Shown: positions 1-8,520 of the stretch, one piece after another | How positions within the stretch are numbered: position 1 is the first letter of the stretch | Layout of the letters: every line of letters starts with the position of its first letter | Source: a virus | Length of the DNA stretch: 64,000 bases | IMG/VR virus record: IMGVR_UViG_3300042922_000661 | Coordinates: 1 to 64,000 of that record | Reading direction: 5' to 3' (one strand) | The notes under the pieces: generated by a model | Seen by the model: the letters and a program-made list of their open reading frames with translations, nothing else | Database searches by the model: none | Told to the model about the DNA's origin: nothing | Made by a program: the position numbers and the translations under genes

Positions 1-31
1 GTCAAAGTTCAGCAGGACATAGGTTTTAGGA

Positions 32-481
32 TTAGACACTGTATTCCCCCTGTTCTGACTTCTTCAGGTGGTACTTTTTGGACACGGTGTCCTCCAGCGG
101 GAAGATGCGATAAAGAGGATTCAGGCGGCTGTTGCCGTGTGTTACGCGCACCGTCAGATACCATTCGCCCGGTTCGAGATAGCGCGTATCAATGAGCAGA
201 AATTCTTCACTCACTCCTTTAGGTGAGAGATCCAGCGTGCGCTGCTTACCGGAAATAACCACTGTCGGGTCGTTGCTGTCGCGCAACCAGTACTCAATCT
301 TTGCTCCCGCCAGTTTGCCTGCGCAGGAAATATCCAGACGCACCGGGAACGCAAGCGCGTTATCACGCACTACTGCTGTACCGCATCCCAGTAATGCCAC
401 TTTTTTTCGGGCAAATACGCAGCGATCAACCACCATCGCCGCCGCCATCGCCGTAATAAACAGGTTCTGGTAATCAATCAT
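32..481 (-). CDS. lydB: Antiholin / lysis regulator, LydB-like
   Basis: 149 aa with N-terminal hydrophobic segment; overlaps the holin stop (ATGA); size and position match P1 lydB. Confidence 0.65.
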   Translation of the reverse strand: MIDYQNLFITAMAAAMVVDRCVFARKKVALLGCGTAVVRDNALAFPVRLDISCAGKLAGAKIEYWLRDSNDPTVVISGKQRTLDLSPKGVSEEFLLIDTRYLEPGEWYLTVRVTHGNSRLNPLYRIFPLEDTVSKKYHLKKSEQGEYSV

Positions 482-795
482 TGGCCGGAGCCTCCTTTTG
501 ACCCAAATACGCCGTTTATTGCCGCAATGAGTCGTTCTTTAAATACAGTTGAAAGTTCACGCCAGTTGTTGCTTGCAACCAACACGGCGAGGTAAATCAC
601 GATTTCGTCCAGTCCTTGCTGTCGCGCAAAAAAGTAAGCTGTCAGGCCGGTAATCAGCGCCAGCACCAGCTCAGTGGTAAAATTGAACACGTTCGGTTTA
701 ATGCGGTATTCGCGTACTCCTAATAGGAAAACGCCTGTGCCGCTCAGCAAAGACAGGAGAAGCGAAACCGCGAGCATTTTTTCTACATCGGTCAC
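478..795 (-). CDS. lydA: Holin, LydA-like
   Basis: 105 aa with three hydrophobic helices; follows the tail fibre genes; late-promoter motif upstream. Confidence 0.8.
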   Translation of the reverse strand: MTDVEKMLAVSLLLSLLSGTGVFLLGVREYRIKPNVFNFTTELVLALITGLTAYFFARQQGLDEIVIYLAVLVASNNWRELSTVFKERLIAAINGVFGSKGGSGQ

Positions 796-830
796 ATACC
801 CCCCTTAACACCTGGTTGTCAGGTGGCGAG

Positions 831-851
831 AGAGTACGGAGTCTGTAATTT
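831..851 (-). promoter_or_regulatory. Putative late promoter of the holin operon
   Basis: AAATTACAGAC-TCCG-TACTCT on the minus strand; one of six copies of the motif. Confidence 0.7.
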
Positions 852-863
852 AGAGAGGTAAAG

Positions 864-888
864 AAAAACAGCGCCGGAAAGGCGCTGT
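864..888 (-). terminator. Intrinsic terminator after the tail fibre operon
   Basis: ACAGCGCC-TTTC-CGGCGCTGT hairpin followed by a T run on the minus strand. Confidence 0.7.
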
Positions 889-919
889 GAATGAGATTTT
901 TAAGCGTGTTGGTCAGTGC

Positions 920-1276
920 TTAGTCGGCAATTCTTGTGAAAACCTTGCCGTCATAGGAATAAAAGCCAAATAACTTCATCTTGTCAGTTTCAGGAATGTC
1001 TGCCGGATCAATTTCCCATACGGTGTAGCCTTCAACCGGAATGAAATTCATGGCGTCTTTTTCAAAGGCACCGATATGACCGTCCGGCCAGGTAGCAACT
1101 ACAGCGCCCCACTTATTGTCTTCCCGTTCGTCATACCAATCGCGGCCCTTATCATCAATAAAGCAGGTTACTGGCATACCGGGATAGCCCAATTCCTTAT
1201 TTGCCGGGAATGCTTTGTCATGTAAATTCATCCCAGCGAATTTAACGTTTCTAAATGAACGTTTTGCCTTAGCCAT
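920..1276 (-). CDS. Tail fibre assembly chaperone (gpU/Tfa-like)
   Basis: 118 aa coupled to the tail fibre stop; D.KGRDWY and terminal YDG motifs typical of Tfa-type chaperones. Confidence 0.7.
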   Translation of the reverse strand: MAKAKRSFRNVKFAGMNLHDKAFPANKELGYPGMPVTCFIDDKGRDWYDEREDNKWGAVVATWPDGHIGAFEKDAMNFIPVEGYTVWEIDPADIPETDKMKLFGFYSYDGKVFTRIAD

Positions 1277-4200
1277 TATGCGAAATCTCCAATTCCAAAC
1301 TGACCACCATTAATTTTACGCCCAATCAATTGCCTGAAATAAACACCCATTCCGCGACCATCCGAAACGTTGGTATTAATTCCTGTTAAAACACAACCAC
1401 CAGGAACTTCATACGCCCGCCCTTGGCCAGTGCCTGAACCGCCAGAATACTGTTGGCCGCCACGTCCGAAATCTGACATGGCATTACTCGTCATTTCGTT
1501 GTAGCCTTGGTTACGAATCCATGACAACGCACCGGAAAGACTCGTGTTCCCCCCGAAATTACTGAAAATCGTGTATCCATCAGTAACATTACCCATGCGT
1601 ACAATGTCGCCGTTTTCCTGATAAGTTACCCCTCGACCGCCCCATTGCACGCTAACGTTGCCACCAAACCAACCGCCTCCCGAGACGCTCACATTTTGTC
1701 CGACTGATAACATCCCCCCTACGGATAAACCTCCTCCGACTGTCACATTGTGGGACATAGTTACCGCCCCACTATTGCCATTGAATGCAAATGGTCGCAA
1801 ATTGTTCCATGTGCCATCCGGATCATTTTCATTCGTGACCAGCAAATAATAGTTACTACCATCGAATCGGTGAATCATCCCCATCCGTCCAGAAGCTGGA
1901 CGGATACGCAAACCATCTGCGTCTTCTGCAACTACTCTGCCATAGACATACAACTTATTAACGGTAGTACGAGTCGTTAAAACGTTATTAGCGTAAGAGT
2001 CGAGAATGCCATCACCAGGGCAAACAAAGCCTGTATCAGAGTCACCAATATTGATAGAACCAGAGGTAGTATTAAGATTCCCGGTACCTGCATTTCCAAT
2101 AGAAATACGGTTAATGGCATTTAATGTATTTGCAGTAATTCTGCCATCTACATCGATTGACTTAAGAACGACTAAACCTTGTTCCATCCTGACCGTGCCG
2201 TTAGCCAGGTTAAATGCGATGGGCCGAAGGTCATTATACTTACCGTCAGTATCACCTTTGTTTGTAGCGAGTAAGTAAAAACTCTCATTATCATTTCTGA
2301 GAATGGCCGCATAATCAGCAGACTTCGCACGGAAAGCAAGCCCACCATTTTTTTGAACAATTTCATCCGCAATAGTGACTTTCTTTTCAATAGACACTTG
2401 CCCTTTGAAACGCGCGTCTGTCCGTACATCCAGCCCCACACTGCTAACAGGTAATGCGATATCCGTTCCGCCAATAATGGTCTGTCCGCGCATATAGTTT
2501 GGCGCGGTTCCCTGCATAAATAGGTTCCAGCGGTTTAAACCTTCGCGTGCTGTCTGAAGACCCTCAAAGGCATAGGCCGTTGCAATAACAGGGCTGGCTT
2601 TGTCATGCCCGCGGAACGAAGACATGAGCGCTACAGCTGCATTTTTGTTAACAACACTGCTGTTACCCCAAAATTCAACCACTTCAGCCACGGTTTGTCC
2701 GGTATTACCGTCACCTACTGACATTTCCACACCGAAACCAATGCCGCGTGTAGTCGCATCTGCTCCGATATTTGCATATGCCATCGCAACAATCTGCGAC
2801 GTTCCGGACATATTGCCTTTTCCGGGCGTGGTATTTCCAAGCGTCAGCATGCGGCTAGTACTGTCACTGCCACTACCTAATACAAGATGCCCTTTATCGC
2901 TGAATAGTGCGATATTCTGATTCCACGTTACGCCATTATCACGGCTATCTACGTCAAGACGCAGGCTGCTGCCGTCGCCTCTTAAGCGGAAGCCCGCCGC
3001 GTCCGCGTCACGGTCAATGAAAGTAAGTGTTGGTGCAAAGCTGTTAACCGTGATCCCTTGAGTGCCATCATTACTGCTGCCCGTAACCACAAGCGCAGCA
3101 TTGGTCAAATCGCCTACGGCTGTCGCACCTTTCGCCAGTACTTTTACCGGGCCAGTAAAGTCTGCACCACCAGTCACAGAAAGATTGCCGCCAACAGAAG
3201 CGTTATTGCGGAGGTTCATTGTCGATACGTTGGTTTCACCAGTGCCATCGCCTGACAATGTAAGCCACGTATTAGGAATAGAGTTGCCCCAGGTGACGGT
3301 ATCGGTACTGTCTGTAGACTGGCCCATATACCAGTGCAGAGAGTTATCCGCCTTTCGCCCGCGCAGATAATAGGCTTTGTCTCTGGTTTTAGCCTTCAGC
3401 TGCAGCGCAACCGAGTCCGCAGTAAAAAGTCCCGCGCCGTCAGACGTCAGACCTCCGCCACCAGTGATAGCCAGCCCGCCAGCACCCTGCAGCGTGGCTA
3501 AGCCGTCGCCACTGTTGAGTACAAAGCGCGCCGTGACCGTACCTGATGCCGAGCGCGCATCCAGCGCGATTCTTCCGCCGCCGTGCGTCATGTTAGTAGT
3601 CGTTAAGCCGCCGAGAATCCTGCCACTCCACGCATCGCCTCCCGTGGCCGCAACACGGCCAACGATCTGCATGATGTCTGTTTCGTATGCCGGGGGTTTA
3701 TCGTCAGGCTGATCCGTCCGCAAAAATGTCATTGACGGTACAGACGGCTCAGAGCGGATCACACCAATACGGTATCCAGCGCTGATTTGAGAACCAACGT
3801 CCAGATTTTTTGAGACCGTCAGCTTTGGCGTATTGATATTGGTTAGCTTACTTGTGCTGGTAATATCGTCGTTATCGCCTGCCTTTGCCGCGCCCAGATT
3901 AATCAGGTCCGCCAGCGTCATGCTGGCGCTGTCCATCACCTTCCGCCAGCCGTTTTTATCCGCACCGGCTGACAGCCCGGACCACGCCCAGTCGCCTGAA
4001 ACTTTACCGGCCAAACGCAGATACATCATGCCACCCTGCGCCACAAGCAGCTGTAGAAGTGCAGCGTCGGCATCATATTTACGGCGCATGTTGAATAGCT
4101 GGCCACGCAGTGTCTGCGTGGTTTTGCCAAGATCAATCGGGCCATCACTGAAGGTGCCGCTCAGTGTCCAGAAGGCATTTTGCTCAGTCACAGATACGTC

Positions 4201-5106
4201 AGTCAGTGAGGTGATTTTACTGTCCAGTACCATCGACGGCGTTCCTAGACCAAACGCACCCACGGCCATTAGCGCACCCGGCGTCATATCCATGGGGTTA
4301 GTCTGCTGGTCTGACTGTGCAGCAGTACCGAGGCCTAGATTGTCACGCGCTTCCGGCACGTCCGGCAGGTCCGCCAGGTTCTCACTGGCCACAAGCTGCT
4401 TTGCGTTGATCAGCTGATCCAGCTCGATGTTTTTGCGGAACATCGCTTTGTCTTGAATATCAGAGCCATTGTTATCAATGGCCATGTTGTTATCGATCAT
4501 GCCTTTGAGGATTTTTAGCCCCTTCAGGTTGGCCGCTATAAGCTCGTCATCGCTGGTATAAATTGAATCCAGCGTTATGCCTACCTGCCGGTTAATGCGG
4601 TAGTTTGTGACGATCATCGCCTGTGTAACCTGCGTGGTACCGGTTGGTACAAGCACACGGCAGAGCTCCAGCTGATTCGGTGCCAGCGCCACAGACAGAT
4701 CCTGCGCAAAGACGCGTGCGGCCTGAACCGTGGCGGTGATATCTACCTGATCCGTCTTCACGCCCAGTTTATAGTTCGCTTCCAGCACTATGCGCGTGGT
4801 TTTGCCCGCCTCCACCGGCAATGTGAGATCGGCCAGGTGCTGAACGGTTATCTGATGTGCGTTCACGTCAATGGAGGCCGCACCCTGCCCGCCTTCAGCG
4901 TCTTTTGAAGTGACGACGACATTCAGATCTTTACCGGCCACCGGCGCAAAGCCCAGGTAGAAGCCGGGGCGCACCACGCCTTTAAGTTTTCGGTTGAGCG
5001 CGGAACTGGTGTAAGTCTCCAGGTACTGCATATCCGCCGACAGAGGCGCGGTGCCATACGCCTTTCCTGCCATAACGCCAATGTCGGTGATTTCGTTATC
5101 GGTCAT
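1276..5106 (-). CDS. Long tail fibre protein (gpS-like)
   Basis: 1276 aa, Gly/Ser/Thr-rich; fibre motifs (NLADL...ARDNLGLG, IGDSDTG, two LRP.AFN...G.V.M repeats); directly after the gpR-like gene. Confidence 0.9.
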   Translation of the reverse strand: MTDNEITDIGVMAGKAYGTAPLSADMQYLETYTSSALNRKLKGVVRPGFYLGFAPVAGKDLNVVVTSKDAEGGQGAASIDVNAHQITVQHLADLTLPVEAGKTTRIVLEANYKLGVKTDQVDITATVQAARVFAQDLSVALAPNQLELCRVLVPTGTTQVTQAMIVTNYRINRQVGITLDSIYTSDDELIAANLKGLKILKGMIDNNMAIDNNGSDIQDKAMFRKNIELDQLINAKQLVASENLADLPDVPEARDNLGLGTAAQSDQQTNPMDMTPGALMAVGAFGLGTPSMVLDSKITSLTDVSVTEQNAFWTLSGTFSDGPIDLGKTTQTLRGQLFNMRRKYDADAALLQLLVAQGGMMYLRLAGKVSGDWAWSGLSAGADKNGWRKVMDSASMTLADLINLGAAKAGDNDDITSTSKLTNINTPKLTVSKNLDVGSQISAGYRIGVIRSEPSVPSMTFLRTDQPDDKPPAYETDIMQIVGRVAATGGDAWSGRILGGLTTTNMTHGGGRIALDARSASGTVTARFVLNSGDGLATLQGAGGLAITGGGGLTSDGAGLFTADSVALQLKAKTRDKAYYLRGRKADNSLHWYMGQSTDSTDTVTWGNSIPNTWLTLSGDGTGETNVSTMNLRNNASVGGNLSVTGGADFTGPVKVLAKGATAVGDLTNAALVVTGSSNDGTQGITVNSFAPTLTFIDRDADAAGFRLRGDGSSLRLDVDSRDNGVTWNQNIALFSDKGHLVLGSGSDSTSRMLTLGNTTPGKGNMSGTSQIVAMAYANIGADATTRGIGFGVEMSVGDGNTGQTVAEVVEFWGNSSVVNKNAAVALMSSFRGHDKASPVIATAYAFEGLQTAREGLNRWNLFMQGTAPNYMRGQTIIGGTDIALPVSSVGLDVRTDARFKGQVSIEKKVTIADEIVQKNGGLAFRAKSADYAAILRNDNESFYLLATNKGDTDGKYNDLRPIAFNLANGTVRMEQGLVVLKSIDVDGRITANTLNAINRISIGNAGTGNLNTTSGSINIGDSDTGFVCPGDGILDSYANNVLTTRTTVNKLYVYGRVVAEDADGLRIRPASGRMGMIHRFDGSNYYLLVTNENDPDGTWNNLRPFAFNGNSGAVTMSHNVTVGGGLSVGGMLSVGQNVSVSGGGWFGGNVSVQWGGRGVTYQENGDIVRMGNVTDGYTIFSNFGGNTSLSGALSWIRNQGYNEMTSNAMSDFGRGGQQYSGGSGTGQGRAYEVPGGCVLTGINTNVSDGRGMGVYFRQLIGRKINGGQFGIGDFA

Positions 5107-5111
5107 GAGCG

Positions 5112-5555
5112 TTACGCCGTTTTCTGTTCGATGGTGACAATAAGGCGATAGGCCTTACCGCGGAATACGGAATCCTGCTGCAGACAAAGCACCGCAAAGG
5201 CGTTGCCGTCACCGTCCACCAGTGTCAGCGTGTTGAGGTCATAGGCTTTGCCTTCCGGCAGTATGGCGTCGTCCAGCTGAATGGTGATTGAGATATCCGC
5301 GCCTGTACTGGTAAGGACCAGTGGCGTTTCAGTGAACTTTCCAGCCAGATCGGCATTGCTGAATGTCGAGGGAATATCCGCAATATTCCAGCCGCCAGCG
5401 GCGTTACTGGTTACAAGTGCTGACTTGCCCCAGTAGGCTTTAACCATCTGGAAGCGGCTACCCTGACCGATGGAGGATTCAGCGCGACGGATGTAGTAGT
5501 AATCAAGCAGCTTTGCTTTAAACAGCTTGCTGCTGACGGAGATAGTATCAGCCAT
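5112..5555 (-). CDS. Tail fibre attachment protein gpR-like
   Basis: 147 aa between the gp16-like gene and the fibre, as in P1. Confidence 0.65.
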   Translation of the reverse strand: MADTISVSSKLFKAKLLDYYYIRRAESSIGQGSRFQMVKAYWGKSALVTSNAAGGWNIADIPSTFSNADLAGKFTETPLVLTSTGADISITIQLDDAILPEGKAYDLNTLTLVDGDGNAFAVLCLQQDSVFRGKAYRLIVTIEQKTA

Positions 5556-5584
5556 AAAAAAGCCTCTCAGAGTTAAGAGGCCAG

Positions 5585-5605
5585 AGGGTACGGAGTTTGT
5601 AATTT
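5585..5605 (-). promoter_or_regulatory. Putative late promoter of the R-S-U operon
   Basis: AAATTACAAAC-TCCG-TACCCT on the minus strand. Confidence 0.7.
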
Positions 5606-5616
5606 CCGAAGGTCAA

Positions 5617-6702
5617 CTAAGAGATAAACTGCTCGTAAAAAAGCGCTGAAATTGTACTGGTGCCGCCGCCAGGCAGTGCCAGAATAAATTCTGGCGTACC
5701 GTCATGGGGAAATGCCATCGTCACGCTGCTGCCGTCCGTACTGGTGGCGGTAATGCCCTGGCTGTCGCCTTTCTGGATCCCGATATACTGCACGCCCCCT
5801 TCCGTGAATAACCTTGCGCGGCTGTCGCTATCGGCGCTGGCAATGACAACCGGCGCTGGTGCTGCATCAGGCCTGCTGCGATAGTCGTTCCACCAGGCAT
5901 CAGCGGCAAATATATCGTAGCGTTCACACCGTCTCACCTGCCGCACCGGTACCGCGGGAATGTCGAACTGCTGCTGTGTTGCCATGTGCAGGTTTTTGAT
6001 TTCCGACTGGAGATCGGCGTATGACATTTTGGCTTGGTAGTCGATGCCCGCACTTATCAGCCGGATGCTATCGGCGTCTGCTGTCATTTCAAACGAGATA
6101 AAGAGTGCCACGCCGTCGAACACGATGTGGAGCGGCAGCAGGGGCGCAATGATCTGATCAAACTGTGTCAGCAGTTTGTTAACCGCCACATCCTGCTCCA
6201 GATAGCCGTATCGCCTGTACAGCTCATTCAGCGCAACCGAAACTTGAGCGCGTGATGTCAGGAAGAACTCGCCATACTTCGCCTCTGCAATCGGCAGACC
6301 TTCTTTCGTGGTAAAAAATGAGCCGTATGGTGCCTTCTCCTGATCTATCGGCGCATACAGCTGTTGCCAGGTCACGGGCAGATTATCGAACTCACGCCAG
6401 AATGTAGACGTGATTGGTTTTTCCGTTCCTTTAAAATGCACTTCATCCAGGCGCTGTGCCAGCAGCACGGGCCTGCTGGTGTCCGTAGTTTCAGCCACGA
6501 TGAAGAAGCGGCCATATTCGCCCATACGCAGCGTCAGATCGTCTTTGTTCATCGTGTAGTAGCTTTTGCGATTGGTAATGCGGTCCAGAATTGGCTCTAC
6601 CGTGTACTCAAATACCGACTGAATTGTATTGGCGAACCCCGACCATAGCTCCGACCCTTGCTTTTCTTTGGTGAGCCGGTCTTTTACCCAATTTTTGATC
6701 AT
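5617..6702 (-). CDS. Baseplate wedge protein gp16-like
   Basis: 361 aa following the BplA-like gene; P1 synteny. Confidence 0.7.
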   Translation of the reverse strand: MIKNWVKDRLTKEKQGSELWSGFANTIQSVFEYTVEPILDRITNRKSYYTMNKDDLTLRMGEYGRFFIVAETTDTSRPVLLAQRLDEVHFKGTEKPITSTFWREFDNLPVTWQQLYAPIDQEKAPYGSFFTTKEGLPIAEAKYGEFFLTSRAQVSVALNELYRRYGYLEQDVAVNKLLTQFDQIIAPLLPLHIVFDGVALFISFEMTADADSIRLISAGIDYQAKMSYADLQSEIKNLHMATQQQFDIPAVPVRQVRRCERYDIFAADAWWNDYRSRPDAAPAPVVIASADSDSRARLFTEGGVQYIGIQKGDSQGITATSTDGSSVTMAFPHDGTPEFILALPGGGTSTISALFYEQFIS

Positions 6703-6711
6703 GGCCGTGCC

Positions 6712-8145
6712 TTACAGGTAGTTAATTTCAAAGGTGGAATTAGCCACATCGAGATAAATAAAATCATTCAGCTGCAATGCCGTTTTCATGTCATGTGTGG
6801 TTAGCTCATATGAGATAAACAAGTTCAGCTCTTCAATGACGCGCCACAGGTCTTTAACCTGCACCTGTGAGAAGTGTTTACCTGCCTCAACGTCATTCTG
6901 ATCGCTATCGCCAAACGCTGTTGCATCACGTCCGAAACGGGCTTGAAGGGCTTCTTGCACTTCTTTTTTGGCATCAGAAATAATGACGTTCTTTTTCGCA
7001 ATCGCGGTAAGTGAGATCGTGAATGGTTCCTCCTGCGTGCGAACGTAACGGAATTTTTTATTCAACTCATTGGGGATGGATGTGACAGCCGTCATAAGCA
7101 TGGTTTCCAGCTCTGCCTGCGTGTATCCCGGCTTATGCCCGCAAAAGAAGATCGTGTTGATGTTGGCCAGCGACTTAATGCCTGTAGAGATCTCCTGCTC
7201 CTGTTCACCCCAGGCGCTGATCCATGACATACCTGGTACGGCGCGATTGAGGAAGTACTTATAGTCGCCGCCCCACACAACCTGCTCGTCATACGCCACG
7301 TAATACTGCGCACGGTTACGGGTTTCTTCAGTACTTTCAAAGCCGCTGCCGCCCGTTATTGGCGTCGTAGTCACGACTTCAATTTTATTGTTCATGTCGG
7401 CAATATTGCCCGCTGGCGTCAGCTTCTGGCCCTGCGTCAGTGTGGTATCGCCCCGGCTGCACCATACGTCCAGATCAACTTTACTGCCGGTTGTCGGCAT
7501 CTTGCCAATCGCACCGTCGCCAAAGCGTACGCCCAGCTGTTCGGACGGCTTGTAAACCATCACGTAATGCTGGCTGGAACCGCGTGAGAGGCGAAACAGC
7601 GGGTTGTTTTCCCACAGGGTTTTATGCTCGTTTTCAGTAACAAACACGTCCATCGAGACAGTTTCTTCGGTAATATCACGCGGCAGCATTACAGTGTAAA
7701 AAGGCGCTTCAGCTTCAATCGTTGATGACACGTTGACGCGCTCCATCTGACGGACGTCGTTCACCACAACACTACGGCCAGCGGGGATTGTTACCACGTC
7801 GGTAGTGACATAAGGCAGCTGCGCATTCGACAGGAACTCCGAATAGATCGGCAGCTGAATTTCCTCCGCCGTTTTATTGGTGATCATCACACTGCCCCAC
7901 GACGGCGTGATTAAGTGACCGATGTAATTGCGGTCTTCGGCAGCAGCCAGAATGCTTGAGCGCTTAGTAGCCGTAGAGATAAAACCCTCAGTCAGCCCTC
8001 GCTCAGCGGTAGTCTGCGCGGCATAGATGATCTGTGCGCCAAACACAGCCATCATCTGAATGAACTGGCTGTTGGTAAACTTTCTCCACCAGCTGTTTGC
8101 TTGCAGCAGACCGTTAAATTTTTCCAGTAATTCCTGAATATTCAC
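6712..8145 (-). CDS. bplA: Baseplate wedge protein BplA (baseplate J / T4 gp6-like)
   Basis: 477 aa; FGDG..G and GG...ES.EE.R.RA motifs of baseplate wedge proteins. Confidence 0.85.
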   Translation of the reverse strand: MNIQELLEKFNGLLQANSWWRKFTNSQFIQMMAVFGAQIIYAAQTTAERGLTEGFISTATKRSSILAAAEDRNYIGHLITPSWGSVMITNKTAEEIQLPIYSEFLSNAQLPYVTTDVVTIPAGRSVVVNDVRQMERVNVSSTIEAEAPFYTVMLPRDITEETVSMDVFVTENEHKTLWENNPLFRLSRGSSQHYVMVYKPSEQLGVRFGDGAIGKMPTTGSKVDLDVWCSRGDTTLTQGQKLTPAGNIADMNNKIEVVTTTPITGGSGFESTEETRNRAQYYVAYDEQVVWGGDYKYFLNRAVPGMSWISAWGEQEQEISTGIKSLANINTIFFCGHKPGYTQAELETMLMTAVTSIPNELNKKFRYVRTQEEPFTISLTAIAKKNVIISDAKKEVQEALQARFGRDATAFGDSDQNDVEAGKHFSQVQVKDLWRVIEELNLFISYELTTHDMKTALQLNDFIYLDVANSTFEINYL

Positions 8146-8157
8146 GTTTTCCCTCGA

Positions 8158-8517
8158 TTAACTTTTGTTCATGGATACGGCCAGCGTGCCGTTTGATGTA
8201 ACGAATGTGATTTGCCAGGTATCGACATTCTCCGGCGCGCAGCGGATAGCACGCAGGCCCAGTGCTGGTAGATCAATGCGCAGCTTGCGGATCAGCGCGG
8301 CCTCAATGGCAACTTCGGTTAAGTGGCCGGTTTCAGAACCGACCGGCTCATGCTTATAGTCCTGCATGGTGTTGCCCCATCCGGGCAGGCCATAAATGCT
8401 GCCCTGCGGAGTTCTCAGCCATTCCTCAAGACGGGCAAGCCAGGCATCTGAATCTCCGAGCTTTACCACTACGCCGCCCTGATCAACGCGCATCAGGCAG
8501 TCAATTTCGTTTTGCAT
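8158..8517 (-). CDS. pmgA: Sheath initiator / T4 gp25-like baseplate protein
   Basis: 119 aa; TP.GS....P.WG motif of the gpW/gp25 family; lies between sit and bplA. Confidence 0.8.
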   Translation of the reverse strand: MQNEIDCLMRVDQGGVVVKLGDSDAWLARLEEWLRTPQGSIYGLPGWGNTMQDYKHEPVGSETGHLTEVAIEAALIRKLRIDLPALGLRAIRCAPENVDTWQITFVTSNGTLAVSMNKS

Positions 8518-8520
8518 GCG

